Position numbers and translations under genes: made by a program. Below the pieces are notes generated by a model. That model was given only the letters and a program-made list of their open reading frames with translations. It searched no databases and was not told the origin of the DNA. A DNA stretch of 51,711 nt, the filler included, from Sphacelaria rigidula (taxonomy: Eukaryota): assembly GCA_964200075.2 (NCBI GenBank). It is 4 parts of 4 records of this genome, joined end to end, with 100 filler letters (N's around TTAATTAATTAA, not from the genome) between each part and the next. Parts side by side here need not be neighbours in the genome. Positions count along the whole stretch, not along the records: positions 1 to 12,854 come from CAXNAA020003356.1; positions 12,955 to 25,807 come from CAXNAA020003357.1; 2 more parts are not named here. One strand, given 5' to 3'. Of the stretch, positions 11,385-23,363 are shown in pieces. The first letter of the stretch is position 1. Every line of letters starts with the position of its first letter.

Positions 11385-12525
11385 CTACTACGTGCCTGCT
11401 GTCCTTGAAAGGCTGATGCGCGTGGATGCTTGATATACATCTGACGGTCGAGTGTCCTCCTCGGTTATTATGCGTGGCTGCACGACAGTAGTTGTTGTTT
11501 TTCACGGGGTATTTTCTGTTTCAAGTCATGCTGCCATTCTATGCCGGAACCCTCGGGTTTTTATTCCGCGTTTCTGAGATCGGTGGGTCCTGGCGGTACT
11601 TGCTTCGTAACAGCTGCCATGATGGCCTGATGTTCATCTATGAATTTTTGCCGATACACAGTACTTCTGCTGCGGGATCGATTGGGATTTTTTTTTCAGC
11701 GAGGGTGCCGTTTCCTCTGGCTGCGACTCTAACGCGGGTTGATGCACAGGATAGCGCTATGGGCGTGTCTATATACCTGGCGGGTGATGATGCGTTGGTA
11801 AGAGTCATAACAGTGATCGTCCAAGATCGGGTTGCAAAGGGGAGACTGGTGTTTCGATTTGGTGTCAACAGCCCCTGCTTATAACATCGCTGTTTCTCTG
11901 GCTGCCGGTTGAACATTTGTTCACGCGGAATGTAACGTTACTGATTCATTGGGGTACGACGGAGGGCGTAACATACTTGAGAGCCTCAACAAGTTGAGCT
12001 TCAATTTCGGCGATGATAGCCCTTTGTGTGGCGTATCAATTTTTTATGGCTACTCTGACAGCTGCTTAGGAATCCACTCTCATCGTGCTCTTTTCAGGTT
12101 CTGCTCCTAGTATGTAGTTTCACACCACCACTGAAGGCTGTTTTGGTGCCCGTCTGGAGGAGTTATTTTACTGCCTAGGAAACCTGCTTCTCTCCGATTT
12201 GTGTTTCACCAGACGGTTGACACTTTCCTCCATTTCATGCGTACTGAGGTGTGGGATATTGAACTGTCTGCAGTTTACAACTCCTCTCAGCTTGCGGGCT
12301 GGGGTGCGGTAAGACCATCCAATACACCTCCATTTATCTCGTTCGCTAAATTGTAGGGAATGACAATGTCGTGCATTCGCAGGTTGGGTAAAGGTTATTG
12401 TTAGTGCTATTTCGAGTCTCCGCGTTTTCAGAGGTCGGCCTGCTTGATTAATTGCCGTGCCTCCAGCACTGTGTTGGTTCAAGGTTGGTTGACACGTGCG
12501 GCTTCGCTGTTTTGTTCGCCATCTT

Positions 12526-12692
12526 GGTGACATCCTTTTCACTCTGATGGAACTAATTTCGCGTTTTCGCTGTTTGACTAAACCATATAGGTGACATATA
12601 CTGCACCTTGAGGAGTCTAACTTCGCGCTCCGCTATTTGATTAGTCATGCTGGTGACATATAAATCCACACTGGGGGGGCTAATCTCGCGTT
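12526..12692. repeat. ~63-bp tandem repeat, about 3 units
   Basis: ggtgacat...ctaa.(t/c)tcgcg recurs at ~12526, ~12589 and ~12651. Confidence 0.7.
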
Positions 12693-12854
12693 GACCTGAA
12701 CACACGACTCCAATAATCTCTCAACTCGAACAAAATATGCACATAATAACCTTTACGTTTCACCCGGATTAGCGTTCCTTGGGGGACCCTAGTGCTTCCG
12801 GTGTCGGGGAGCAGTCGGTTCTCGTTCTAGTTTTTTACTTCTCAAGCCTGTCTT

Positions 12855-12954
12855 NNNNNNNNNNNNNNNNNNNNNNNNNNNNNNNNNNNNNNNNNNNNTT
12901 AATTAATTAANNNNNNNNNNNNNNNNNNNNNNNNNNNNNNNNNNNNNNNNNNNN
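12855..12954. other. Artificial 100-nt contig linker (N44-TTAATTAATTAA-N44)
   Basis: It is identical to the linkers at 25808 and 38760 and places stop codons in all six frames. Confidence 0.98.
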
Positions 12955-12961
12955 TGCAGTC

Positions 12962-13230
12962 ACACCATCAGGGATTTTGTTCCACACGATGCCCAACAGT
13001 GAAGGGCGACCAAGTCGTGGGTACACAACATTCAACTTGGCCGTCGACAAAAGGAGGGTATGCTGAAACTCTCTCGCCATAGAAAAAAAGGCAAGCACTG
13101 CAGACAGTGAGGTACCAACAGAAAAGAAGAAAAAACTCCCGTGTTGGCCTCCCCTGAGTTCGGCTGACGCGCCCACGTCGCCCAGATATACCGAAAGGTG
13201 TACACTGGCGTCTAGAATAGGCGGGATGAG
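12962..13230 (+). mobile_element. SINE family copy (same family as 16547-16760 and 22460-22797)
   Basis: It is similar to the reverse complement of 22460-22730 and is followed by a (TA)n tract. Confidence 0.65.
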
Positions 13231-13529
13231 AACGCGATCATATATATACATATATGGCCGGCCTCCGGCACATGGCTTCGGTGAAAAAGGTCTTGCACAA
13301 AGCCACACAGTTGTCAAGGAAAACACGTGTGCGTGACAAGATTCTTGTACGTGTATGGTCCAGGAAAAAATACAGCCGGACTTCTCACTTCATCACATCA
13401 CCTACCCCAAACCATACATTTTCTCACAACTTTCTACATTATGAAATGAAGTGAATCGAGTACCAACCATTGTGTGCGGACATGTCTCCAGGTCTACCGT
13501 TTGAGCGAACTTGCGATTTTATCCAAGAT

Positions 13530-13770
13530 TGAGGGTCAGGGTCAGGGTCATGGTTGGGGTTGGGAGTATCAGCAGACAAGTCTATGAAATGAGATCGTAT
13601 GCTTAAATAAGGTTCAATTCAAGCCCAGTAGTGCTTCTCCACACGTTGAGCGACGGTGGGCGATGACTTCTTGGTCGGCCAAATGCCCCACGATTGCGTA
13701 CATACTTCCTCAGCGCCTTTTACCGACTATGTGAGCTTACAGCACTGACCGAAACCGTCATTTCTCCTCG
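13530..13770 (+). repeat. TTAGGG-like tract plus the left arm only of the foldback element
   Basis: agggtcagggtcagggtc...gggagtatcagcaga...cttacagcactgaccg is homologous to 19632-19870. Confidence 0.8.
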
Positions 13771-15134
13771 GATGTAGATGCGTGGATACACGGAACAATC
13801 TTTTCGTGAGGTTGACAGTAGAGCATGCGATTGAGAGTAAAAAGCGGTCGATCAGTAAATCAATCGTTTCAGCTCCTTTGCTAAGAGTCACGGTTCTTCC
13901 ACCCCGCACAAGACTACAATCAGGTAGCATATAGGTCATCACACTAATAATGGATTGATACTTTTGAAATGAACAATATGTATTCATAAATCTCTCGCTA
14001 CCGCATGCTTGTTGCGAGTGCTTGATAATGGGGTTGGAATTTTCATGTATGGGAAAATGGACTTCGATATGATCTAGCTCGACCACCATCGTGGTTACCG
14101 CCACAACGAAAAAGAGCAAGCGCGCGAAAAAATCGGTAATTTGGTTGCCTAGCTTTCGCAGTGAGTGGCGTGTCGTACATCACATCATCACCAACAGACG
14201 CCAACTCCGTAGAGGAGGTCCGCCCCCTGAAAAGCCGGGACTAAGCGCACCGGGTGTTTGTTACAACAGGCAGAGGAAGGGGTGCGCATACATACTCAGT
14301 ACCCAACAGCAACCAGTTGCTCGTAGTAAAGCTTCCTACACAAGACGAACTGATTCTGTCGGTTGATTGTTGGACACCGAGAAGCCACAAACATAGTCGG
14401 GGCAACAGAGAACACATTTTGTTTTGGGGTATTCCACGCCTGTTTATGCCCGAAAAACTGAAATTTTAACCACTCATTCCTCGGGCGCGTACCCCTCGAG
14501 CAGCGGAGGAAGGGAGGGGGGGGGTAACCGACACTGGATTGGGACAAATTCTAGAACTCGCCCAGGCGCTTTGATTTTATCGCTGCAAAGAAAAAAGAAG
14601 TTATGACGATGACCAAACCTGTTGGTTCCAAAATACATTGCGGCAAACGCCTCGTCTCATCAACGCCTTGATGAGATGTTTCTTCGCCGTGAAAACAAAC
14701 TCCACAGAATAATGTGACGTTTGTTTCATCCCCCAGTAGACAACCCCACCGCCCCTCACGCAACAAATAAGTGCGCCCTTACCACCAACCGCTACTGTTG
14801 CTTCACAATCCAAATTCGTTTTTCTCTGACATTCATGACGAAAAAACAGACAATACAAACCGTCCGACACGGCGCAAAGCACGACAGTACCACGAAAAAG
14901 CAACACGGCACCGGGCCTTGCTGCTCAACACGGCCGCTACATCTTTTGACGTTCAGGGAGGCATAACAAGTGACGACAGCGCCAACACTACTCTACTAGC
15001 TTTCGTCGCCAAGCTGTTGCTGACCAAGCCATATCACACACAGCAGGCTTCGTCAATACCGACTAGCACCGGGTGACGCACGAAATGGCCTTGCGCCGTA
15101 GTATTCAACACGACGAAGGTAGCAGTTGTATTCC

Positions 15135-15532
15135 AGGGTTGGGGTTGGGACTAGGAGTATTGGCAGACAATTCCACCATATAAGGTTATACGCTGACATG
15201 ACCTTCAAGTTCAAAACAATGCTTCTCCACACTTTCAGCGATGGTGCCCGATGACTTCTTTGTTTACCTAATGCCCCTAGATTGCGTGAGTACTCCTTCA
15301 GCGCATTTGACCGACACCGTGAGCTTACAGTCGTGACCGGAACCGTCGTTTCCTCTGATTTAGGGTGTGGTATCAGGGTGAATGACGGTTTCGGCCAACG
15401 CTGTAAGCTCACAGAGTAGGTGAAGAGAAAGTATTCACGCAACGGAAGGGCAGTAGGCCGACAAAAAAAGTCATGGTCATGCTGAAGCTGTGGAGAAACA
15501 CCGTTATGGCCTTGAACTTTAATTTAGCATAC
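15135..15532. repeat. Foldback (palindromic) element, diverged copy
   Basis: The arms are ~160 bp and centred near 15365. They are preceded by agggttggggttggg. Confidence 0.8.
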
Positions 15533-16546
15533 AAACTTATTTTAGAGAATCGTTTGTGTGGTATTCAAAAAGTATGTGAATCTCTGAGATGGGATGGGAT
15601 ATATATACTCGATCTGGTATATGGGCATAATAGTTTGTTTTCTTGTTTTTGGACAAGGGGGAAACAAAAGAGTGTGAATAGTGTAGTATATGTTGAAAAT
15701 GTATTATTTGAAGACTGTGTCAAGGATGGATGGTTAAAATTTATTTTTTGGACGAGGTAAAGACAAAATGAATTGAATGATTCACGTATGCGATAATTTC
15801 CGCAAAATCAGACCAGCGGGCGGGCGGGAATATTTCGACGGAATAATAAACAGACCAGCGGTCCTTCGCACAAGAGGAGCGTAGATATATTTTGCTGGCG
15901 ACCCCCGTGAAATCCATCATCGTCTCTAATCGAGCGCCTTGTTTAGTCGATGAGAAGGAGTTCCACGTCGAGGGGGACTTCAAGGCACAGGGTTCAACAG
16001 GTACCTCCCACCGGGGGTCGACGGGAACATGCCTCCGTTTTCCCATGTGGTGCCAGCCAGCGATGCTGAGGGCGCCAAGGAGGTTGCGACATGTTTGAGA
16101 GCTCAAGCAGTCAGTTCAAGCTGCAAGCTAGATCGTCAGGGACCTCTTCCGTGTCTCCAGCGTCGCAGGCTGGCAGCGCAGCTCGCAGCTCCGGTGGGAA
16201 AACCGTTCTAAGCCACTACACCAAACTCGGGACGTTGATGGAAATCAGAGGGGCCTACGTATAGATGTACAGCACAATTGAGGCTGTGTTGGGGGCGCTA
16301 GAAATAGTGATGGGGAACAGGTTGCGTGGTGGCAAGACAACTCGACATATCGGTTCCTCCGTTGGAGCGAAAAATTACCAGTTTGCCGACGAAGATGCGC
16401 GGGGTGCAAAAAGTGGAAAAATTAGCGATACGCACGATCGTAGGCGGCTGTACACGTCGGCTCTTCCGAGAAATCCAACGTATCGCACTCTGCGCAAAAC
16501 AAAAACGACGTGGTGTGTGTGTGTGTGTGTGTATTTGTGAGTATTG

Positions 16547-16760
16547 CCGTCCCATCTATTCTGGGCGCCGCTTAACGCTTTTTAGTATTTGTGGGCACAG
16601 CAGCCGGCGTCACACAGGAGGAAGGTCAACAGAGGAGCTTTGATTTTGTTTCTAGTTTTTAGTACTACAACTTCGTTCAGCGATGCTTACCTTTGTTTTT
16701 CATCGCGAAAGGGATTTGGCACTCCCTTTCCCTCGTCGACCGTTGAGTCAAATTTCAACT
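16547..16760 (-). mobile_element. 5'-truncated SINE with an adjacent (CA)n tail
   Basis: It matches 22460-22670, has (GT)n at ~16513-16532, and is absent from the paralogous block at ~20960-21030. Confidence 0.7.
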
Positions 16761-18459
16761 TCAGGGTGAGGGTTAGGGTTAGGGTTAGTAGTTTGAAACC
16801 TTCGCCCATGAGCACGATTATACAGCGGCTATACACGTCGGCTCAACCGAGAAATGCGACGTATCGGAATCTGCGCAAGAACGTTGGAATAATTCACCGA
16901 TTTGCCGACGATCACGAGCGGGGAGTGAAATTTGACCAACTGACCGATGAGCGATTCTAGAGGGGCTGTAGACGTTGGGTCGTCCGCGAAATTCAATGTA
17001 TCACGGTTTGCCGCATGAAAGGGGTAGAACTTAGTAAACCGTCGTTGAGCGCAAGGAAAACATTGAAATTTGCCGATCACCACGAACGACTGTCTATGTC
17101 GCGTCGTAACTTATCATATTACTACATTCACAAATTCGCTCATCATAGCGAACGTACAGCGGCAGCGCTAGTCGGATAGAAACATGACAGTTCCGCCGAT
17201 GAGCACGAACGAGAAGTGAATATTTTCTCACAGTGCCATTTCAGATTGTATGACAGTTCGCCGTGTATCGTGGACCTACAGCGGCAGTGCACGTCGGGTA
17301 AAGTCAGTGCTGATTCGCCGATTTCCAGCATTTGTCGATCGACATGAGGGTGTAGTGAAATGAAAAACACGATCGTGTCGGGTCAAGAACTTACCGCTTC
17401 GCGAGCTATGGGTATGTACAGATGGCGAGATGAACACCCACCCTTGGAATGGTGATGAAACAAGAACGCGATGAGGTATGGCGGGATTAGCGTTGACGGC
17501 GAGACATTTTACCCGAGGGGAAAATATGCTCCAAGACGATGGACAGCGCGATACGATATGACATCTTGATTCCCACCTTGGCACTCATTTTGACCTGACA
17601 GCGATTGACTGTTCTTGACAGGCGTATACAACGGTACTGTCGTAGTATGTCTGCGGTATTCTTGTATATTTTTACAACTGTAGCGTTGTAGTATGTCTGT
17701 AGCTCAAATCCGTCAGAGTAGACGCCGTACTGCTCACTCACGTACGTACGAATCAGCAACGCCGTTAGGAATTCCAAGGTTATTAGTGCCTACTTTCCCC
17801 GCACAATTTGTTCCGAAAGTTATATCCTGGAGTCAGAAACTTGTACCTCGGCTGGGGATTGGATATAAACGGCCAAACGCAGGTGATGTTCAAGTCAGCA
17901 ATGATTGGTTGAACATGGTGGAATATCAACAACAACGAGGCATGATGTCTCCGTCATGGGCACCGTGGCGCGTCATTAAAAACCGGAGTGCCATGAAGAA
18001 GGCAGCGCGTCACTCGTATGTATTTTTGGGAACGACGCGTGAGTGGAATGTTCCTGTTCTTTTCATTGTTTGCAACGGGGTATCACCTTCCCTGTTTCGC
18101 CACGGCATTTGACTATCGTTTCCCGGGCCGTCAGTTTCAGAATAGCATCACCTAATGTGCGGTGTGCGGTTTTCAACACGTTCTTTTGTCCACCTGCTCT
18201 CGGCGCGTGAACAGCCCGAGTAGATTCGTTCAACAAGGCACACCGCCAGGAGGCATCCCTGTGCCTCTTCTGCTATCACGAGCTACAACTCGTGACCACC
18301 GGGACGGGGCACCAAAACAAATATATCTACTCCAATACGTATTGATTTATAACCGAGGACAAATACATCTGCAGCGGACAACCCAATAACTTATTACTCG
18401 TGAAGAGTTGAGGGGGGGCGGGAAAGGGGGGTACGCGCGATCATGCGTGACATGATCAT

Positions 18460-18625
18460 ACGACCATTGACCTCGCATCCCCACTAAGCCGGGACGGAGC
18501 ACGCCTGGTTTTCGCCGGACTAGGATCGCAATCGATCACCTAGGACGAAGCTCCGTGGTGCGCTCGGCGGGTCGCGTGAAGAGTGATCTGCATCCTGCCA
18601 AGATTGTTCGGCCCGAAGCGTACTG
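18460..18625 (-). repeat. Dispersed repeat, possibly a decayed RTE endonuclease (APE) N-terminus
   Basis: Copies lie at 26143-26305 and 27788-27850, and the core aagccgggacggagcacgcc also occurs at ~19107 and ~14231. Minus-strand peptides include 'ITLHATRRAHHG' and 'HGVGV'. Confidence 0.5.
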
Positions 18626-19704
18626 ATTATCTTGCATGCGGGTGACAGCTCTCAACGAATTGCTTCATCACCTGGTGTGGCCATTTCCAGAGACAGCCAC
18701 GGCATTCACACTGCCCCATGAGTGTCCCCCCATTTGAACACTATGTGGCGTGATCATCCCCTTCGCGCGGACTTGAAGTTTCTTCGAGCCCGCACAATAC
18801 TACAATCAGGTAGCATGTAGGGCATCACACTAATAACGGATCGATGTCATTGAAGTGAACAGTATGTCTTCATCAATTTCTTGCAACAGTATGTTTGTTG
18901 AAAGTGGTTGATGTTGGGGTTGGAATATTATTTTTCGAAGAAACGGATTTCAATATGATCTAGCTCGGCCATCATCGCGGTTGCCGCAAAGAAAAAGCCA
19001 GTGCGCGAAAAAACGGTAACTCGGTTGCCCAGCTTACGCAGTGAGGGGCATGTTGTACGGCGTGATCGCCAACAGACGCCAACGCCATGGGGAGTCCGCC
19101 CCTGGAAAGCCGGGACGGAGCACGCCAGGTTTTCGTCGAAACAGGCAGAGAGGATAGGTACGGTTACGTTATCAGTAGCCAACAACCAATAGTTGCTAGT
19201 AATGAAACTTCCTACTCGAGACGAACTGATCGTGTTGGTTGATTGTTGGACATCAGAAAGCCACAAACACAGTTGGGGCAACAGAGGAGACACCTCGTTT
19301 TGGCGTGTAGAATGGGCGAAATGACAACACGCTTATATATATATATATAATATTTATATGGCCGGCCTCCGGCACATGGCCTCGGTGGAAAAGGTCTTGC
19401 ACAAAACCACACTGTTGCGACGGAAAACATGTGTGCGTAGCAAGATTTTTGTATGTGTATGGTCCAGGTAACAATACAGCCGGATTTCTCACCCCATTAC
19501 ATCACCTACCCCAAACCATACATGTTGTCACAACCTTCTACATTTTGAAATGAAGTGAATCGAGTACTAACCATTGAGTGTGGACATGTCTCCAGGTCTA
19601 CCGTTTGAGCGAAACTCGCAATTTTCATTCAAGGGTTAGGCTCAGGGTCAGGGTCAGGGTTAGGGTTGGGAGTATCAGCAGATAAATCTATGAAAAGAGA
19701 TCGT

Positions 19705-20041
19705 ATGCTGAAATAAGATTCAATTCAAGCCCAATAGTGCTTCTTCAATCGTTCAGCGAGGTTGCACGATGACTTTTTGGTCGGCCAAATGCCCCACGAT
19801 TGCGTACATACTTCTCCTGCGCCTTTTACAAAGGTGTGGGCTTACAGCACTGACCGGAACCGTCATTTCCTCTGATTTTGGGTGTGATATCAGGGGAAAT
19901 GACGGTTCCGGTCAGTGCTGTAAGTTCACGCAGTCGGTAAAATGCGCTGAAGAAGTATTTACGCAATCGAGGGGCATTTGGCCGACAAAAAAGTCATCGT
20001 GTGGAGAAGCACTGTTCTGAGCTTGAACCTCATTTCAGCAT
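19705..20041. repeat. Foldback (palindromic) element, best-preserved copy
   Basis: 19841-19870 is the perfect reverse complement of 19895-19924, and the arms extend ~150 bp. A telomere-like tract lies at 19632-19670. Confidence 0.9.
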
Positions 20042-20363
20042 GCAAAAATTTTTTATAGGCTTTTTTGCTTCTCACCCAAATAGTATGTAAAGGTTCGAGA
20101 TGGGATGGGATATATGATTGCTCTGGTATGTGGGATTAGCAGTTTGTTTGTTTCTTGGACAAGGGGGAAAGAAAATGGTTCAAAAAGTATCCGAGTGTAA
20201 GACAATTTCCGCAAAATCAGAACAGCGGCGGGCGCAAATATTACGAAAAGAAACATGAATAGACCAGCGGTCATCCGCACAAGAGAAGCGTGGGTACATT
20301 TTGTTGACAACCCCAGTGATATCCATTATCATCCCCGATCGAGCGGCTTGTGCAGTCAGTCGG

Positions 20364-20677
20364 TAAGAAGGGATTTCCCGTCAAAGGGGACCTTAAGGCA
20401 CAGGGTTATAGGTACCCCCCGCAAGGGGTCGACAGCGACATACCAATGTCTTCCTCGGTGTTGCCAGCCTACCGTGCTGAGGATACTGAGGAGGTCGCAT
20501 CAGGTCTCAAGAGCCCCATCAATCAGCGCAAGCTGCAAGCTAGATCGTATCCGACGTCCTCGGCGTCGCAGGATGGCAGCGCCCAGGAAAACGAGAGTAT
20601 TACCCCATCGACCCCTTGTGGGAGGTAGCCATAAAACCTGTGCCTTGAGGTTTCCTTCGGTGGGAAAATCGTTCTCA
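20364..20677. mobile_element. MITE-like element with ~80-bp diverged TIRs
   Basis: 20366-20443 matches the reverse complement of 20598-20676. A paralogue with a truncated right arm lies at ~15950-16210. Confidence 0.65.
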
Positions 20678-22459
20678 CACACTACACTCAACTCGGAACG
20701 TTGATGGAAATGAGTGAGGGCGACATATACATGTGTGGCACAACTGAGCTTGTGTTAAGGGCGCCGGAAATAGTCATGGGGCACGGGTTGCGTGCTGGCG
20801 AGACAGTTTGAATATCGCCTCGTCCGTCGGAGGGAGAATTCAGCAATTTGCAGACAAGGACGAGCGGGGAGTAAAATTCGAAAACAATAGTCGGTAAGTA
20901 CGATCGTATAGCGGCTGTACCGGTCGGCTCGTCCAAAAAATGCAACGTATCGCAATCTGCACCAAAACAGTAGGGATGATTGAGAAATCCGCAACGACCA
21001 GGAGCAGAGAGAAAAAATTGAAAAAATTGCCCGTGGGCACGATTGTATGGCGGCTTCACACGTCGGCTCAACCGACCAATGCAACGATTCGATATCTGCA
21101 CCGAAACATGCGGATAATTTACCAATTTGCCGACGATCACGAGCGGGGAGTAAAATTCGACAAATCAGCCTATGAGCGTGATTCCATAACGGCTGTACAC
21201 GTCGGGTCGTCCGCGAAATTCAACGTATCAAAATCTGCACCATGAAAGAGTCAAAACTTCCCAAATCGTCGTTGAGGACAACAAAACAAATCGATTACCA
21301 CGCACGGCTGTGTATGTCGCGTCGTAACGTACCAATTCATTACATTCACAAATTCGCCGATCATAGCCAACGTACAGCGGCAGCCCCAGTCGGATCAAAA
21401 CATTACAGATTCATCGATGAGCACGAACGGGAAGAAAATAAAAGTCGCCGATGAGCTCGAGCGGGGAGTGAATATTTTTCTCACAGTGCCATTTCACATC
21501 GGATGACAAATTCGTCGATCAGCGGTAACGTACAGCGGCAGTACACATCGGGTGAAATCAGTGCTGATTCGCCGATTTCAACGATTTTGCCGATCAACAC
21601 AACGGTGTAGCGAATTTAAAACAAAAAATCGTGTCGAGTCAAAAACTTACCGCTCCGCGGGCTACGGGTATGTACAGATGGCGAGATAAACACCCACCCT
21701 TGGAATGGTGATGAAAGGGGGAAGCGATGAGGTATGGCGAACTAGCATGGGCGGCGAGACATTACCGTAGGGAAAAATAAGGCCCATTCCGACGGACAGG
21801 GCGGTACGGTACGTCATCTTGATTCCCACCTTGGCACTCATTCTGACCTGACACTCATTGTTCTTGCAGTCCTGTACAACGGTAGCCTTGTAGTATGTAC
21901 GTAGCATCAACCCGTCAGAGTGGACGCTATACTGCCTACTCGGGTACGTACGTATCAGCAACGCCGTCAGGGATTCCAAATTCATTTATTATGTGTATTC
22001 ATGCGTCAGTACAGTACCGCCGTCAGGAACTCCAAGTTCGTTTTCGGGACGATGGGACGCTAATGAATATAAACAAACCGAGATGAAAAAAACAACAACG
22101 TACTCTGAACCATATACCCCTGTAGCTTTGCTGCGGACTACCACACAGCTGCGAAAGCTTTAGACAACACCGCACAAGGGGATGATGCTTCGGTTGGTGA
22201 ACAAAACCACTCACAGAGCAGTGTTGGATGGCCGTACAGCTCACCATGACAATATCCATAGTCAAAACGGGCTGGATTGAAGAGAAAAGGGTTAAGACAC
22301 CACGTACATTAATACCAACGGCCTGAAATCCATTACAAGACACGGCCAACTTCTTCCAAAGTGGGCACGAATCACAGGAATGCTCGCATATTACATTGAA
22401 AGGCAGAACCTCAAACAAAACTCACAACACACAGAGCAAGTAAACACAATGCGGGGGCT

Positions 22460-22797
22460 GCGTTTCATCTGTTCTGGGCGCCGTTTTACACTTTTCAATA
22501 TATGTGGGCGAACCAGCCCGGGTCACAGAGGAGGAAGGTCAACACAGAAGTTTCTTGTTTTCTCTTTGTTCTAGTGTTCCACCTTCCCTTCTGCGGTGCT
22601 TGCCTTTTATTTTCTATCGCGAGGGGGGGGTTAGCAGTCCCTTCCTCTCGTCGACCATCCCGTCGAAGTTCGTGTACCCATACGACATGGTCGCTCTCCA
22701 CTGTTGAGCATTGTGTGAGAAACAAATCCCCGATCGCTCCGAGATTTGAACCCATGGCCCACTAGTATCGGGATTATCAACTGAGTCGCCGGGGGGA
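22460..22797 (-). mobile_element. tRNA-derived SINE, near full length
   Basis: The minus strand has a B-box (gggttcaaatctc) near 22741-22753, and two further copies occur in the window. Confidence 0.7.
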
Positions 22798-23291
22798 ACG
22801 GCTCGTACAGGACGACACGTATTTTACAGTAGTGCGAGATGGTACCATCCCACGGAACGTACTGCAGGAAAACTTGTTCGACACGCCCACATCCTCATCT
22901 TTCCGACAGGTACAGTAGGATGTTTCGACCAACCGAATGGGAAGATGTCCCAAATTTCTTCCGTTGAATCATGACGAACTGTGTTTGGACTATGACAGAG
23001 CGTCTTGGTACACAACGTTTGCAACATGGGCCACAAATGTGACGAATGTGGAAAAAAGGACGTTGAACTTCGCCACCGTAGCCCGTGTGATCCAACACAC
23101 ATACCACCTACGGCACAATACCTAAACCATGCACTGTATGTATCGTGAGTACGACGGACGACGGGAAAGTGAAATATCAAATCGACATGTGACGGTCGTC
23201 GAAATACTTGCGTTCAACACCGGCCACATACACAACAAACCTGCAAAGCAACACGGCCTTCGTCGCGGCACTTACTCGACTTTTGACTCAC

Positions 23292-23363
23292 CAGTTAGTT
23301 CGTTGTCGTTCAGGTTCAAAATCCGCAGACGACCGAGGCGTGCCAACTCCCGCGGGATATCGC
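23292..23363 (-). CDS. Single 72-nt leucine-rich-repeat exon (24 aa, phase 1-1)
   Basis: The exon is bounded by ccag|GC GAT ATC and CTA ACT G|gtgagt. It encodes GDIPRELARLGRLRILNLNDNELT, an exact plant-specific-type LRR (G.IP.EL..L..L..L.L..N.LT). Confidence 0.9.

Larger units (their letters stand above)
8263..12854 (-). mobile_element. Decayed Gypsy-like LTR retrotransposon (5' end cut by the contig end)
   Basis: Integrase relics are YVLSVVDHLTK (~10860-10895) and a GPF motif, PWRGPFMITERRSPVVYII (~10525-10590). A polypurine tract (aaaggggagggata) directly precedes TG of a putative 3' LTR. Confidence 0.7.

Noticed and set aside
12899..12910. TTAATTAATTAA as a piggyBac target or regulatory site
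   Set aside because: It is embedded in Ns and repeated identically three times, so it is an artificial linker.
16370..17345. CRISPR-like repeat-spacer pattern
   Set aside because: The repeats are degenerate and irregularly spaced, the context is eukaryotic, and there are no cas genes.
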